Positions 48,019 through 58,817 are shown, counted from the first letter of the stretch. The stretch: DNA of 64,000 nucleotides from Myxococcota bacterium (GCA_039030515.1 JBCCEA010000002.1:64001-128000); one strand, 5' to 3'. Notes: generated by a model from the letters alone, not told the origin. Program-made: numbers and translations.

Positions 48019-49329
48019 ATGATCCCACGCTACACCCCCGCCGACTTTGCCAAGCTCTGGTCGCCGGCCACCAAATATGAAACTTGGTTCGACGTAGAGC
48101 TCGCGGCCTGCCGCGCCATGGAGCGCGCAGGTTTTGTGCCCGCAAAAACCACGGAGTCACTCGAGCCGATTCGTCATCGGATCGACCCCGAACGAATCGA
48201 CGAGATCGAGCGGACCACCCGGCATGACGTCATCGCGTTTCTCACCCATATCGAAGAGCTTGCCGGCCCTGCAGCGCGCTGGCTGCATCGAGGGATGACC
48301 TCCTCGGACGTTCTCGACACGTCATTCGCAATTTTGCTTCGCCGCGCATGCGATTCACTCATCGAGAGACTGGACAGCACCCGGAGCGCCTTTCGAAAGC
48401 GCATCGAGGAACATCGACGCACACCGATGATCGGTCGATCACACGGAATCCATGCAGAGCCCATCACGTTTGGCCTGATGCTCTCAAGCCATCTTGCGGA
48501 ACTCGACCGCAGTCGACGTCACCTGCACCGAGCCCGCGAGGAGATTTCTGTTGGCAAGATCGCCGGCGCTGTGGGCACCTACGCCCACCTTACGCCGGAG
48601 ATCGAAAGCGATGCGCTCCAGCAGCTCGACCTCGCTGCCGAGACCTGTGCCACCCAGATTGTGGCTCGAGATCGACACGCCAGTTTCTTTTGTGCGCTGG
48701 GGGTGCTGGCCTCAGCCATCGAGCGTTTTGCCGTCAATATTCGTCACGCGCAGCGTACGGAGGTGGGCGAAGCCGAGGAAGCATTTGCTGTAGGTCAGAA
48801 AGGCTCCTCCGCAATGCCTCACAAACGCAATCCTGTACTCAGCGAGAACCTGACGGGATTGGCACGTACCGTGCGGATGACCGTGATACCCGCCCTCGAA
48901 AACGTCGCGCTATGGCATGAGCGCGACATCAGCCACTCTTCCGTGGAGCGCATGATCGCACCGGACGCAACTTCAACGATGGCTTTTGCACTCGATCGGC
49001 TCCATCGGCTCGTGGAACATCTCGTCGTATATCCCGACCGCTTGGCAAACAATCTCGAGCGCTCAGGCGGCCTTTGGGCAAGTGAGGGCGTGCTGCTACT
49101 CTTAGTTTCTGCGGGGCTGCCGCGGCAAAAAAGCTACGAGCTGGTGCAGAGAAACGCGATGAGAGCATTCCACGGTGAGGGGGACTTCAAGACACTCCTG
49201 GCCGAAGACGAAGACTTGATGAAACACATTTCTTTTGAGGAACTGGAGCAGCAGTTCGACCTCGAACACGCGCTCAGGTATGTGGACCCCATCATCGATC
49301 GCACACTTTCCGCTTCCAACCCTGAGTAA
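48019..49329 (+). CDS. purB: Adenylosuccinate lyase
   Basis: MIPRY, HDVIAF, GRSHGIHAEP, SSAMPHKRNP. Confidence 0.97.
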   Translation: MIPRYTPADFAKLWSPATKYETWFDVELAACRAMERAGFVPAKTTESLEPIRHRIDPERIDEIERTTRHDVIAFLTHIEELAGPAARWLHRGMTSSDVLDTSFAILLRRACDSLIERLDSTRSAFRKRIEEHRRTPMIGRSHGIHAEPITFGLMLSSHLAELDRSRRHLHRAREEISVGKIAGAVGTYAHLTPEIESDALQQLDLAAETCATQIVARDRHASFFCALGVLASAIERFAVNIRHAQRTEVGEAEEAFAVGQKGSSAMPHKRNPVLSENLTGLARTVRMTVIPALENVALWHERDISHSSVERMIAPDATSTMAFALDRLHRLVEHLVVYPDRLANNLERSGGLWASEGVLLLLVSAGLPRQKSYELVQRNAMRAFHGEGDFKTLLAEDEDLMKHISFEELEQQFDLEHALRYVDPIIDRTLSASNPE

Positions 49330-49406
49330 AGCCCTCTCCACTTGAGCCATACCCCAAAAGCAGCGAATCACGGCGAGGGCTCCCCGACAACTATGAGTCC
49401 AACTCG

Positions 49407-50372
49407 ATGACCCTCGATCGAACCGCGTGGCGTCATGGAATACAGAACGCACTAGAGGAGACCGACTTTTTCTCGCTCGGAACCAAGTACCGAGGCAAAG
49501 TTCGAGACAACTACTCCGCGCCGGACGGCCGAAGATTTATATGCGTCACCGACAGGGTAAGCGCGTTCGATCGCGTGCTGGGCACGCTACCGTTCAAGGG
49601 GCAGGTACTCAATCGACTGGCGCATTTCTGGTTTCAAAGAACGGCACATATCGCACCCAACCATCTGCTGGAGGTACCGGACCCCAACGTGATGATCTGT
49701 GAGGAATGCGTCCCACTTCCGGTCGAGTTCATCGTCCGCGGCTACATGACGGGAGTCACCCAGACGAGCCTATGGACCCACTACCAAAGAGGCGCTCGGG
49801 AATTTTGCGGACATCGACTTCCGGATGGATTGCGCGAACATCAGCGCCTCGAGGCCCCCATCCTCACGCCGAGCACCAAAGCTGTCGGTGGTCAGCACGA
49901 CGTAAGCATCTCCAGAGAGGCTTTATTGGCGACGGGCACGATCTCTGCTGCGGATTTTGACGCAGCGGCAGCGTACTCCATGGCGCTGTTCCAAACGGGC
50001 CAGCAGCTGTGCGCCGATCGAGGACTGCTCCTTGTCGACACCAAGTACGAGTTTGGCAAAAATGCACAGGGCGAGGTGGTGCTGATCGACGAAATCCACA
50101 CGCCCGACAGCTCGAGGTTCTGGTACGCCGAGTCCTATCAGGAACGCTTTGAAGGCGGGCTCGATCCCCGCTCCTTAGATAAGGAGTACCTACGCCGGTG
50201 GTTGGACGACGTCGGCTACAAAGGTGAGGGAGACGCACCACTGCTCACAGAAGAAGTGCGCATCGAGGCATCAAAACGCTACGTTGAAACCTGCGAGTGC
50301 ATCGAAGGCGAATTGTTCCAGCCGAATATGGAGCCGCCACTGCCCAGAATGCGGCGAGCACTCGGCGAATAG
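49407..50372 (+). CDS. purC: SAICAR synthetase
   Basis: GKVRDNY, DRVSAFD, TPSTKA, DTKYEFG, DEIHTPDSSRFW, DKEYLR. Confidence 0.97.
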   Translation: MTLDRTAWRHGIQNALEETDFFSLGTKYRGKVRDNYSAPDGRRFICVTDRVSAFDRVLGTLPFKGQVLNRLAHFWFQRTAHIAPNHLLEVPDPNVMICEECVPLPVEFIVRGYMTGVTQTSLWTHYQRGAREFCGHRLPDGLREHQRLEAPILTPSTKAVGGQHDVSISREALLATGTISAADFDAAAAYSMALFQTGQQLCADRGLLLVDTKYEFGKNAQGEVVLIDEIHTPDSSRFWYAESYQERFEGGLDPRSLDKEYLRRWLDDVGYKGEGDAPLLTEEVRIEASKRYVETCECIEGELFQPNMEPPLPRMRRALGE

Positions 50373-50480
50373 CCCAAGCGGTGCGCGGGAACACACCCTC
50401 GCGACCGAGATTGCTCGGCTCGAGCTTCACGCTCGGTGAAGTGCCTACTTCACTGCCTGAGATCCTGCTAAGGCCCCTGG

Positions 50481-52331
50481 ATGCGATACTCGCGCGCCTA
50501 CATCCCCACCCTCAAAGAAGTACCGAAGGAAGCCACCTCCCCATCACACGTCCTCTTACTCCGAGCCGGCTATATTCGCATGGTCGGCGCAGGAATCTAC
50601 GAAATGCTTCCGCTTGGGCTGAGGGTTCTTCAGCGAATCGCGAACATCGTTCGAGAGGAGATGAATCGCGCGGGGGCTCAAGAAATGCAAATGCCTGCGC
50701 TCTTACCCGCCGAGTACTACAGGGAAAGCCAGCGATGGGAATCCTTCGGCAACATCTTGATACGACTTCAAGATCGACGACAGGTGGACTACTGTCTCGG
50801 CCCCACCCACGAAGAGATCGTCACCGACCTAGTACGACGCGACGTGCGTAGCTACCGCCAGCTGCCGCTCAACCTGTATCAAATACAGACAAAGTTCCGA
50901 GACGAACCGAGGCCTCGGGCAGGCTTGCTCAGAGGTCGCGAGTTCGTGATGAAAGACGCCTACTCTTTTGACGCGACAGAGGAAGACGCGGAACAGAGCT
51001 ACGCAGTGATGCAGGAGGCCTACACACGCATTTTCGATCGTCTCGGCCTCGACTACCGAATCGTGCAAGCAGACTCCGGAGCTATGGGTGGATCGAAGAG
51101 CGCAGAATTTCAGGTGCTCGCGCAAACCGGCGAGGATGCGATCGTAGCCTGCAGCCAGTGTGACTACGCCGCCAACGTAGAAGTAGCATCGTCCCAAGCG
51201 GAACCGGAACTGACGGATACCGACCCCGATAAAGTCCGGCCACATCAGGGGTCTCCGTCGCCAAAAGGTGCGTTCAAAACAAAAGAGAACACAGCTGAGT
51301 CCGGACTCAAGCGAATACATACACCAGGCAAAAAGACCATCGCAGACGTCGCAGACTTCCTGAACCATGCCGACTGCCAGAACGAGGAGGAAGCCAGCGA
51401 GCATCGAGACACAAAAGAGCGATGGACTGCCGAACGATGCCTCAAGACGCTTGTCTACAGCACGTCAGACGCGACGGTCGCGGTGGTCCTTCGCGGCGAC
51501 CACCAGCTCAACGAACTCAAGCTGCAGCGACTGCTGGGTACCGAAATGCCCTCCCTCACATCAGCAGAGGAAGTACGGCGTATATCCGGAGCGGGCCCAG
51601 GTTCGGTCGGACCAGTCGGTTTGGCCTGCCGGATCATCGCCGACCGCGAGGCTACCCGTGTTCCACAAGCCTGCGCTGGCGCCAATCAGGACGACTATCA
51701 CCTGCTGGGATTGGAATTCGGTCGAGACTGGGACGCCGAAGTGGCTGACCTAAGAAACGTCCAAGACGGCGACCCGTGCCCGATGTGCCATTCAACTTTG
51801 CACACCTACCGCGGTATTGAAGGAGGCCATATTTTCATCTTGGGGACCCACTACAGCGCAAAAATGAACGCCAGCTTTCTCGATGCAAAGGGTGAGAAGC
51901 ACCCCTTCGTCATGGGCTGCTATGGGATCGGCATTTCAAGGTTGATGGCGGCAGCCGTCGAGCAGAACCATGACGACGAGGGCATCATCTGGCCCGTGCC
52001 TGTCGCACCGTTCGCCGCGATCTTGCTCCCTGTCGGTAAAGATCAAGAGGTACAGCGCAGGGCAGAAACGCTTTACGACACACTCCGCAGCCAGCAGATC
52101 GAGGTGCTGCTCGATGACCGCGACGAGCGACCCGGGGTCAAGTTCAAGGATGCAGACCTCCTCGGTATTCCTTTTCGACTCACCTTGGGTGCACGTGGCC
52201 TTCGCGAAGGAGTCCTCGAAGTGAAACATCGGAGCGCGTCGGATGTGGTCAAGATCCCCCTCGACGAATGCGTGACCGTTCTGAGGCGCATGATTGCGGA
52301 GTCCGGTTGGGGATGCTCAGACGCAGAGTAG
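50481..52331 (+). CDS. proS: Proline--tRNA ligase (with INS editing domain)
   Basis: GPTHEE, FRDEPRPR, MKDAYSF, GANQ, MGCYGIG, LDDRDERPG. Confidence 0.97.
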   Translation: MRYSRAYIPTLKEVPKEATSPSHVLLLRAGYIRMVGAGIYEMLPLGLRVLQRIANIVREEMNRAGAQEMQMPALLPAEYYRESQRWESFGNILIRLQDRRQVDYCLGPTHEEIVTDLVRRDVRSYRQLPLNLYQIQTKFRDEPRPRAGLLRGREFVMKDAYSFDATEEDAEQSYAVMQEAYTRIFDRLGLDYRIVQADSGAMGGSKSAEFQVLAQTGEDAIVACSQCDYAANVEVASSQAEPELTDTDPDKVRPHQGSPSPKGAFKTKENTAESGLKRIHTPGKKTIADVADFLNHADCQNEEEASEHRDTKERWTAERCLKTLVYSTSDATVAVVLRGDHQLNELKLQRLLGTEMPSLTSAEEVRRISGAGPGSVGPVGLACRIIADREATRVPQACAGANQDDYHLLGLEFGRDWDAEVADLRNVQDGDPCPMCHSTLHTYRGIEGGHIFILGTHYSAKMNASFLDAKGEKHPFVMGCYGIGISRLMAAAVEQNHDDEGIIWPVPVAPFAAILLPVGKDQEVQRRAETLYDTLRSQQIEVLLDDRDERPGVKFKDADLLGIPFRLTLGARGLREGVLEVKHRSASDVVKIPLDECVTVLRRMIAESGWGCSDAE

Positions 52332-52344
52332 GGAGCTTCGGACT

Positions 52345-52557
52345 ATGACGAGCGTACAAGAGCAAGATGGCCTCAGCGAGTCGCGCACGAGCATCCGATC
52401 AGGAGCGAACCATCCCCCCAAGGCCACTGCCGCGTTCCTGGCGGTATTCTTCATCGTTTTTTGCCTGCTTGGTATCTTCACCGTGCTTCTGCCTGAAATC
52501 CGGGACGAGTCCGAAATCGAAGACCCAAAGTCCGAGACAGATCAGCAGGTTTTCTGA
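52345..52557 (+). CDS. Small single-TM hypothetical protein
   Basis: GGGAG upstream; hydrophobic AFLAVFFIVFCLLGIFTVLL. Confidence 0.55.
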   Translation: MTSVQEQDGLSESRTSIRSGANHPPKATAAFLAVFFIVFCLLGIFTVLLPEIRDESEIEDPKSETDQQVF

Positions 52558-52662
52558 AGCACACGGCTCGGCACTATTCGCTCTCAAGAACTCGATCGGT
52601 ATCACCGTGACACATACATACAGAGCGGATTTATCGCGGGAAACTTTGCGAACGTCCGGATT

Positions 52663-55428
52663 GTGCCGCATGTTTTAACACGTGGAGGGTGGTGCCGAGT
52701 GGAGCGACCTGCTGCTGTACTGAACCAGGTATTGGCGGCGTTCATTGCGTGGGCAGGGCTCTTCATTGTGTGGGCAGGGCCGGGTTATGTGACGATCGCC
52801 TACGCGTGGCCACCTCCCGCTCCGATGTGTCAGCTCAGCGACGGGGACCTGCGCGAACTTAGAGCTCCAAACGCGTTCATCTCGGAAACCCAAGAACCTG
52901 GTCTTGGGTTCAGCGATCCATCACAAATCGCATTTGAGCCACGAGACGACTGTAGCGGCTTGCACTTCTCGGTCGCACGCAGCTTAGTCGAAATGCAACC
53001 TGATCGGCGGGACCTGGATGCGATCGGCTCCGGCGGACTTCACTGCCTTTTTCGGGAGATTCTCGAACTGCAACACTCTGGGGCCCCGGAGCGTGCTCTC
53101 GAGCTGCTTGGTCGGCTGTCCGAGATCCTACCGAGACTGTCGGATCGATTCGCCCTACTGAGAGGCGAGCTACAGCTGCAAGCCAGACAACCGATCTCGG
53201 CGTGTGAGTCGTTTGCGGCAGCGGTTTCCAGCCCGGTAAGCGAGATCCGGATGCGCGGACGAGTGGGCGCAGTTCGGTGTCGTATCGCCTCTGGCGATAG
53301 AGAAGCGTTCTCTGCTCTGGAAGCACTTCTGAGGCGCTTTCCGCATCTGCCGGAACAGCTCCAACTGCGCTATGAATTTGCGGAGTCTCGAGAAGCAGCT
53401 GGTGCAACGGACCGAGCGATCGCTCTCTATCGTCTACTCGACCTGCAACACCCCGGGAGCGCTGCAGCGCGGCAATCCAGAAACCGAATCAAGGTGCTTG
53501 AGGAACAAGGCTTTGACATCGCTCCGCTGCCGATACGCATGCAGGTCGAGCGTGCGGAGACGCTATTAAGTCGTGGTCCAATGTCGATCGCAAAAGCAGA
53601 CATCGTTCAGCTGTGGGGGGACGATGGCGCACAGCTCCCAGACGAGTTGCGCAGACGTACCGCGCTAATGATGGCTAGAATCGCGCGACTTGAGGGCCAA
53701 TTCGACGCTGCAGTTCGATTTCTAAGTCTAGGTCGCAGTGCTCCCGCAGCAACGCTCGAGGAGCGTATGAGACGTCTCGATCGCGCTCGGGACATGGCAG
53801 ACGCTGCCCGAGGAGGCGACTCTGGACGAGCCGCAAGACGCGTATCCGCCATTCGCCGAGGTCGCCCACCCTATCGTCTGACCACTGCACAGCTCCTCAA
53901 AGTGATTCAAATCTCCGCACGAGGAAGTCTTCGCGAGACACTCCATACCGCTCTAAAAGCGCTCAGTCGTAAGAATCCCTCGGATAGAGTCCGACTCGAG
54001 GCGGCAATTCTGGCAAGCGGTGTCGCAGACGACCTGGATATCGTCAGTCTGCTCGAAAAGGCCGTATCCGAGGGAGCAGGCGTGAATGTTCACTATCACT
54101 TCGGACGTGCACTCGAGCGACTTGGAAGAAACTTAGAGGCGGCAGAGGTGTACCGAACGGTCGAGCGTCTGGATCACAGTCCGGAGCGTTACTACGCCAT
54201 GTGGGCTGCACAGAGAGGCAGCTTGCTTCGCGCTCAAGAACTACCGGGATTCACAAGCCAGACCGCACGACCAGAGGCAGATCCGATCTACGACCTGCCG
54301 ATCCATGGCATGCCAGTCCACGGCCTGGTGCACCGCTCACCTTTTACTCCCTACTCTGGGGCGTTTACCGCCCCGAACAAACCGCAATTAGGTCGGAAGG
54401 CTCACGGAGATTCGCTGGGCAAGACCGAGCACAAACGCTCGACTGCTTGGAATCTCTCGAAACAGAAACCTACCCTCGTGTACGCCGCGATCGAGGCTCT
54501 GGTTCCGGCGGTGGAGCCTAACGAGCCGACCCCTCGTAGCCTCGACTGGAGCGCGCTTGCAGCCGCACTCGATCCCATCGTCGAGTCTCGCGGAGGGGCC
54601 TACCCCTGGTGGCAGCGAGCTCAAGATCTGATTCGCCTTCGGCTAGGAAGCGAAGCAACGCAAGAGCTTCATGAATCCTATCTCGCGTGGCGGATGGCCA
54701 GAGGCAGACCTCTCTTGAGAGACGGCATCGAAGCGATCAGCCGCGGCACCGAGCGGGCACGGGCGAACTTGAAGCCCGAAGTGCGTCAAGCCAGACTAGC
54801 GATTACCGAGGAGGAGCGAGCGGTAGTCGCCGAGATCGCTCGAAGCCTAGGAGACGAGGGTACGGCTCAAGGCTTTATGCGGTTCCAAGACCTGGAGCAG
54901 CGCCCAAGGGCCTATGAGCACATCGTGGATTGGGCAGCGGAAAAACACGGAGTCGATCCAAACCTCTTGCTGGCGGTCATGCGGGTAGAGAGCATTTATC
55001 AAAGAGCCGTAGTCTCCTATGCAGGAGCGGTCGGCCTCATGCAGATCATGCCGCGCACCGGAATTAACATCGCACATAGTCTAGGACGCAGAGATTTTTC
55101 GGTGGCCCAGCTACTCGAACCGCGCACCAATATCGAGTTTGCCGCATGGTATCTGGCATCCCTGATAGACAGATTCGAAGGTCGAATTCCGCTCGCGATC
55201 GCCAGCTACAACGGCGGTCCGCACAACGTACGTCGTTGGATTCGAGAGTATGCTTCGAGCATGCCGCTCGACGCGTTCTTAGAGCGTATTCCGTTCGAGC
55301 AAACCCACCGATATGTACGGCGCGTACTCTCTCATTTTGCAGCATACCGAGCGCAACGAAGCTTACCGATGATCGAGCTACATCTTGATCTACCGGAGCT
55401 TCAGCCGGACGATCGCGTCACCTATTGA
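52663..55428 (+). CDS. Lytic transglycosylase (SLT domain) with helical/TPR-like N-terminal region
   Basis: AVMRVES catalytic Glu, GAVGLMQIMP, ASYNGG, YVRRV. Confidence 0.9.
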   Translation: MPHVLTRGGWCRVERPAAVLNQVLAAFIAWAGLFIVWAGPGYVTIAYAWPPPAPMCQLSDGDLRELRAPNAFISETQEPGLGFSDPSQIAFEPRDDCSGLHFSVARSLVEMQPDRRDLDAIGSGGLHCLFREILELQHSGAPERALELLGRLSEILPRLSDRFALLRGELQLQARQPISACESFAAAVSSPVSEIRMRGRVGAVRCRIASGDREAFSALEALLRRFPHLPEQLQLRYEFAESREAAGATDRAIALYRLLDLQHPGSAAARQSRNRIKVLEEQGFDIAPLPIRMQVERAETLLSRGPMSIAKADIVQLWGDDGAQLPDELRRRTALMMARIARLEGQFDAAVRFLSLGRSAPAATLEERMRRLDRARDMADAARGGDSGRAARRVSAIRRGRPPYRLTTAQLLKVIQISARGSLRETLHTALKALSRKNPSDRVRLEAAILASGVADDLDIVSLLEKAVSEGAGVNVHYHFGRALERLGRNLEAAEVYRTVERLDHSPERYYAMWAAQRGSLLRAQELPGFTSQTARPEADPIYDLPIHGMPVHGLVHRSPFTPYSGAFTAPNKPQLGRKAHGDSLGKTEHKRSTAWNLSKQKPTLVYAAIEALVPAVEPNEPTPRSLDWSALAAALDPIVESRGGAYPWWQRAQDLIRLRLGSEATQELHESYLAWRMARGRPLLRDGIEAISRGTERARANLKPEVRQARLAITEEERAVVAEIARSLGDEGTAQGFMRFQDLEQRPRAYEHIVDWAAEKHGVDPNLLLAVMRVESIYQRAVVSYAGAVGLMQIMPRTGINIAHSLGRRDFSVAQLLEPRTNIEFAAWYLASLIDRFEGRIPLAIASYNGGPHNVRRWIREYASSMPLDAFLERIPFEQTHRYVRRVLSHFAAYRAQRSLPMIELHLDLPELQPDDRVTY

Positions 55429-55461
55429 ACGATCTTGCTCGAAGTCTCACCGACCGCCGGT

Positions 55462-55504
55462 CTGGGTCGGAGAATACAGCTGGGTCGGAGAGTACAGCTG
55501 GGTC
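55462..55504. repeat. 18-bp intergenic tandem repeat, about 2.4 copies
   Basis: ctgggtcggagaRtacag. Confidence 0.85.
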
Positions 55505-55510
55505 CGCCGA

Positions 55511-55780
55511 TCATGCTGCAGTGACACCACCGACGTGATGACCGATACATGTTTGAACAAGGTGGATGAATTGTCCCACGGAGTCTACTCCGGACAGGGA
55601 CTCCATCTCGATACGGATGGCAAGCTCACGCTCAAACTCGCCCACAAGTTCCAAAGTACTCAGGGAATCGAGACCCAGCTCAGCAATCGACGCATCTGCA
55701 GCAACACACGAGAGATCTTCCTCTGCGATCTCAGAAGCTCGCTCTCTGAAGAGAGACAATAGATCGTTATATTCCATCAC
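55511..55780 (-). CDS. Acyl carrier protein (stand-alone)
   Basis: Acidic 89 aa with the LGLDSL phosphopantetheine site. Confidence 0.85.
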   Translation of the reverse strand: MMEYNDLLSLFRERASEIAEEDLSCVAADASIAELGLDSLSTLELVGEFERELAIRIEMESLSGVDSVGQFIHLVQTCIGHHVGGVTAA

Positions 55781-55981
55781 GATGTCCTGTTCGGCCCCTG
55801 ACGCGGAGCGTTACATGGAGGCGCGATCTAGCCCCTAGTGACTTTGTCGTCAACTACGGTTGTCCAATTTCTGTCCATGTTCTTCCCTCACCTGAGTGCG
55901 TAATATCACAACCCCGAGATTTGAAGACTGCAGCCTCACTTCACCTCCCGCGAGCTTGTCATGCGCAGCGATCAAGACGGC

Positions 55982-56158
55982 TCAGCGACGGAGTCGCAAG
56001 CGACGCGCAGACTTTCGCAGGCGAGCGAGTGGAACTTCTGGACGCCGAGCGGAGGCAGACGGCGTACGTGCGGTTCGACCAGCCAAGCGCAGTACCAGAT
56101 ATGCCGCAGCACCGAACTGGATGGACAAAATGAGCCCCAACTCCAGGCACTCATTCAA
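55982..56158 (-). CDS. Small membrane protein downstream of feoB (58 aa, not in the ORF track)
   Basis: TTG start; MNECLELGLILSIQFGAAAYLVLRLAGR...RLRRstop; N-terminal TM and basic tail. Confidence 0.45.
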   Translation of the reverse strand: MNECLELGLILSIQFGAAAYLVLRLAGRTARTPSASARRPEVPLARLRKSARRLRLRR

Positions 56159-56182
56159 TCGAGCCTGCCTTCAATCGAGCCC
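56154..56182. repeat. 16-bp duplication containing the feoB stop codon
   Basis: ttcaatcgagcc at 56154 and 56170. Confidence 0.75.
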
Positions 56183-58360
56183 CCAGCCGATCGCTAAGCC
56201 GATCTGATAAACCAGTAACGCAGAGAGGTAAGCGAGAACGGTCATGTACGAAAACATCAGCGCCGGCCACTTCCAAGTGCCGGTTTCTCGACGGACGACC
56301 GCGATCGTACTCATGCACTGACACGCCAGCACGAAGAACACCATCAATGCGATGCCTGCAAGCGGGGTAAATACTCTTGTGCCGTTTGGGTGTCGGGAAT
56401 CGAGCAGTCGCTGACGCAGGGTACGGTGTGCAGCGTCATCATTGCCCGCTCCTTCGATCCCGTAGACCACGCCTAGGGTGGAGACGAACACTTCTCGAGC
56501 CGCGAATGCACTGAGGATGCCGATGCCGATGCGCCAGTCAAAGCCCAACGGTAGTAAAGCTGGCTCGATCGCCTTGCCAATCCTACCCGCAGCACTGTGC
56601 TGCGTCTGTATGCGTCTTTCTTCCGAATCGAGCGAGCTCAACCGATGCGTGAGCTCGGTTCCCTGCAGCGCACGAGAAGCCTCCTCACGGGCGTCCTCAA
56701 AGCGCGCCGAAACTTCAGAATCTCTGGGGAAACTCAAAAGCCCCCACATGAGAATACTGAGCGCCAAAATGATCGTTCCTGCATCCATGACGAAGACACG
56801 CACCCGCGAGTAGACCGCTGGAATCAGACTTTGCAGTCGAGGCATGCGGTAAGGAGGAAGCTCGAGAACGAAGGTACCTTGCTCACCTTTCAGAACTGTT
56901 CGGCCCAGTACCGCTGCTGCAGTCAAGGTGGCGAGGACGCTGAGCGCGTACATCGAAAACAGCGCTAAAGCGCCCTGGGTGATCACCCCAAAGACCGGGG
57001 CGTCAGCGTCGAACACGGTGCCGATTACCAGCAGATAGACCGGCAGACGCGCACTGCAGGACATCAGAGGAAGCGCGAGCATGACCAACAGTCGGTCCCG
57101 TTCTCGTTCGAGAGTCCGGGTGGCCATCACGGCCGGAACCGCACAAGCAAAACCCGAAAGCAGCGGCACGAACGCAAGTCCGTGAAGACCGACGGTCCTC
57201 ATGATTCGGTCGATAAGAAATGCCACTCGAGCGAGGTATCCAGAATCTTCAAGCAGACGGATCAACGCGAATAAAATCGCGATTTGGGGTACGAAAATGA
57301 GTACGTTCCCGACCCCTTGAATCACGCCATCGAGGATCAGTCCTTGAAGCAAACCCTCTGGAATTAAGTGAGAAAGCCTAAGCTGCAGCCCAGCGATCGC
57401 AGCATCGATCACATCCATAAAGGGAATGGACCAAGTATAGATCGACTCAAAAACAATGAGCATGACAAGCGCAAAAAAAATCGAGCCAAAGAGTGGATGC
57501 GTCAAGACGGAGTCGATTCGATCAGTCCAGCGAACGGAGGGCAACGCAGCAGCTTGCCGAACCCCTAGACCCTCGATCTGCGCGTATCGAGCCGTAATGA
57601 GCTCTTCGTCGATGTTGCGCCCGGCACTCTTTGCGCGGTCGCGAATGCGCAGAACTTCAGCGCGTACGTCTTCAAAAGGACAGTTGGAAGGTTCTTGTGC
57701 ATCGAGCGTCTGCAAAAGCCAGGCGGCCTCGGCACGTCGCGAAGTGGCATTCGAATGGGGGCGATGCGGTGCGAGATGCGCAGCAATTGTCTCGAGTTCA
57801 TGCCGAATCTCAGACGCGAGCGGAAGTGCGGGAGGCTCGGGCACCTTCCTCGTGCGCAGCATGGATCCCATGCCGGCCCGTAGCTCGTCGATACCCTCTC
57901 CCTTGGTAGCGACCATCGGAACTACGGGGACTCCGAAACGCTCCGATAGTGCACTAGAATCGACACTCACGCCTCTCGCAATCGCCTCATCCACCATGTT
58001 TAAGGCGATCAACATCGGGAGACCTAATTCTGAGATTTGGGAGACGAGGTACATGCCGCGTTCGAAGCTCGTCGCATCGACAACCACGATCACGCCATGG
58101 GCACGTTCTCCCTGGAAGGCCCACAGGCTCTGGGCTGCAACTTCTTCTTCAGGCGAGCGTGCACAGAGAGAATAAGTGCCCGGCAGGTCAACCAACTCGA
58201 TAAAGCACCCCGGAGAGAGCTCCAGCGACGCGCTTCGCCGCTCCACGGTGATGCCGGGATAATTGCCGACCCGCGCACGAGCACCGGTCAACTTATTGAA
58301 CACCGTAGTCTTTCCGGCATTGGGGTTTCCCGCCAGCAGGATCGTTGGGGCGACGCTCAC
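56171..58360 (-). CDS. feoB: Ferrous iron transporter B
   Basis: GNPNAGKT, NYPGITVE, DLPG, NMVD, EDSGYLAR, CSARLP, AREVFVS. Confidence 0.97.
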   Translation of the reverse strand: MSVAPTILLAGNPNAGKTTVFNKLTGARARVGNYPGITVERRSASLELSPGCFIELVDLPGTYSLCARSPEEEVAAQSLWAFQGERAHGVIVVVDATSFERGMYLVSQISELGLPMLIALNMVDEAIARGVSVDSSALSERFGVPVVPMVATKGEGIDELRAGMGSMLRTRKVPEPPALPLASEIRHELETIAAHLAPHRPHSNATSRRAEAAWLLQTLDAQEPSNCPFEDVRAEVLRIRDRAKSAGRNIDEELITARYAQIEGLGVRQAAALPSVRWTDRIDSVLTHPLFGSIFFALVMLIVFESIYTWSIPFMDVIDAAIAGLQLRLSHLIPEGLLQGLILDGVIQGVGNVLIFVPQIAILFALIRLLEDSGYLARVAFLIDRIMRTVGLHGLAFVPLLSGFACAVPAVMATRTLERERDRLLVMLALPLMSCSARLPVYLLVIGTVFDADAPVFGVITQGALALFSMYALSVLATLTAAAVLGRTVLKGEQGTFVLELPPYRMPRLQSLIPAVYSRVRVFVMDAGTIILALSILMWGLLSFPRDSEVSARFEDAREEASRALQGTELTHRLSSLDSEERRIQTQHSAAGRIGKAIEPALLPLGFDWRIGIGILSAFAAREVFVSTLGVVYGIEGAGNDDAAHRTLRQRLLDSRHPNGTRVFTPLAGIALMVFFVLACQCMSTIAVVRRETGTWKWPALMFSYMTVLAYLSALLVYQIGLAIGWGLD

Positions 58361-58635
58361 AGGACGGGTTCGTGATGACAGAGGTCGGTAATCGTGATTT
58401 GGGAGGCTTCACTGCGGCGAATACAGAGCGCATACCCTCTCAGTCTCAGTTCGACGGGATCCCCAAGCGCAGCGAACCGCGTCACCGTCACGTGAGTCCC
58501 CGGAACAAGACCCATTTCCATCAGCCTCCGGGACACCTTAGACAATCCGCCCACCTGCTGAACGACTCCACCGCTACCCGGTTTCAGCTCGTCTAAGTTG
58601 GCGCTTGAACCCTTTATGTGATGGGCGTCGATCAT
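58357..58635 (-). CDS. feoA: Ferrous iron transport protein A
   Basis: RRLMEMGLVPG, ALGDPV, IRRSEA; overlaps the feoB start. Confidence 0.92.
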   Translation of the reverse strand: MIDAHHIKGSSANLDELKPGSGGVVQQVGGLSKVSRRLMEMGLVPGTHVTVTRFAALGDPVELRLRGYALCIRRSEASQITITDLCHHEPVL

Positions 58636-58643
58636 GGGCTTCA

Positions 58644-58662
58644 GATAATGACTTTCATTTAC
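58644..58662. promoter_or_regulatory. Fur-box-like operator
   Basis: GATAATGACTTTCATTTAC matches GATAATGATAATCATTATC at 14 of 19 positions, immediately upstream of feoA. Confidence 0.75.
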
Positions 58663-58817
58663 GTCTGCAAGGAGCCGTACCCACACGCGGCTCAGGCCTC
58701 AGGACTTCCCAGAAAAGCTGGGACCGAGATTCAGAAATGAGTCGACCGGTTTGTGTGATCGGCCCTCAGACAATCTGCTCTTGGGCAAAAGCGTGAACAC
58801 GCGTACGCTACTTGGTG

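Noticed and set aside
55511..55780. Secondary-metabolite cluster around the ACP
   Set aside because: No ketosynthase, adenylation or other PKS/NRPS genes nearby
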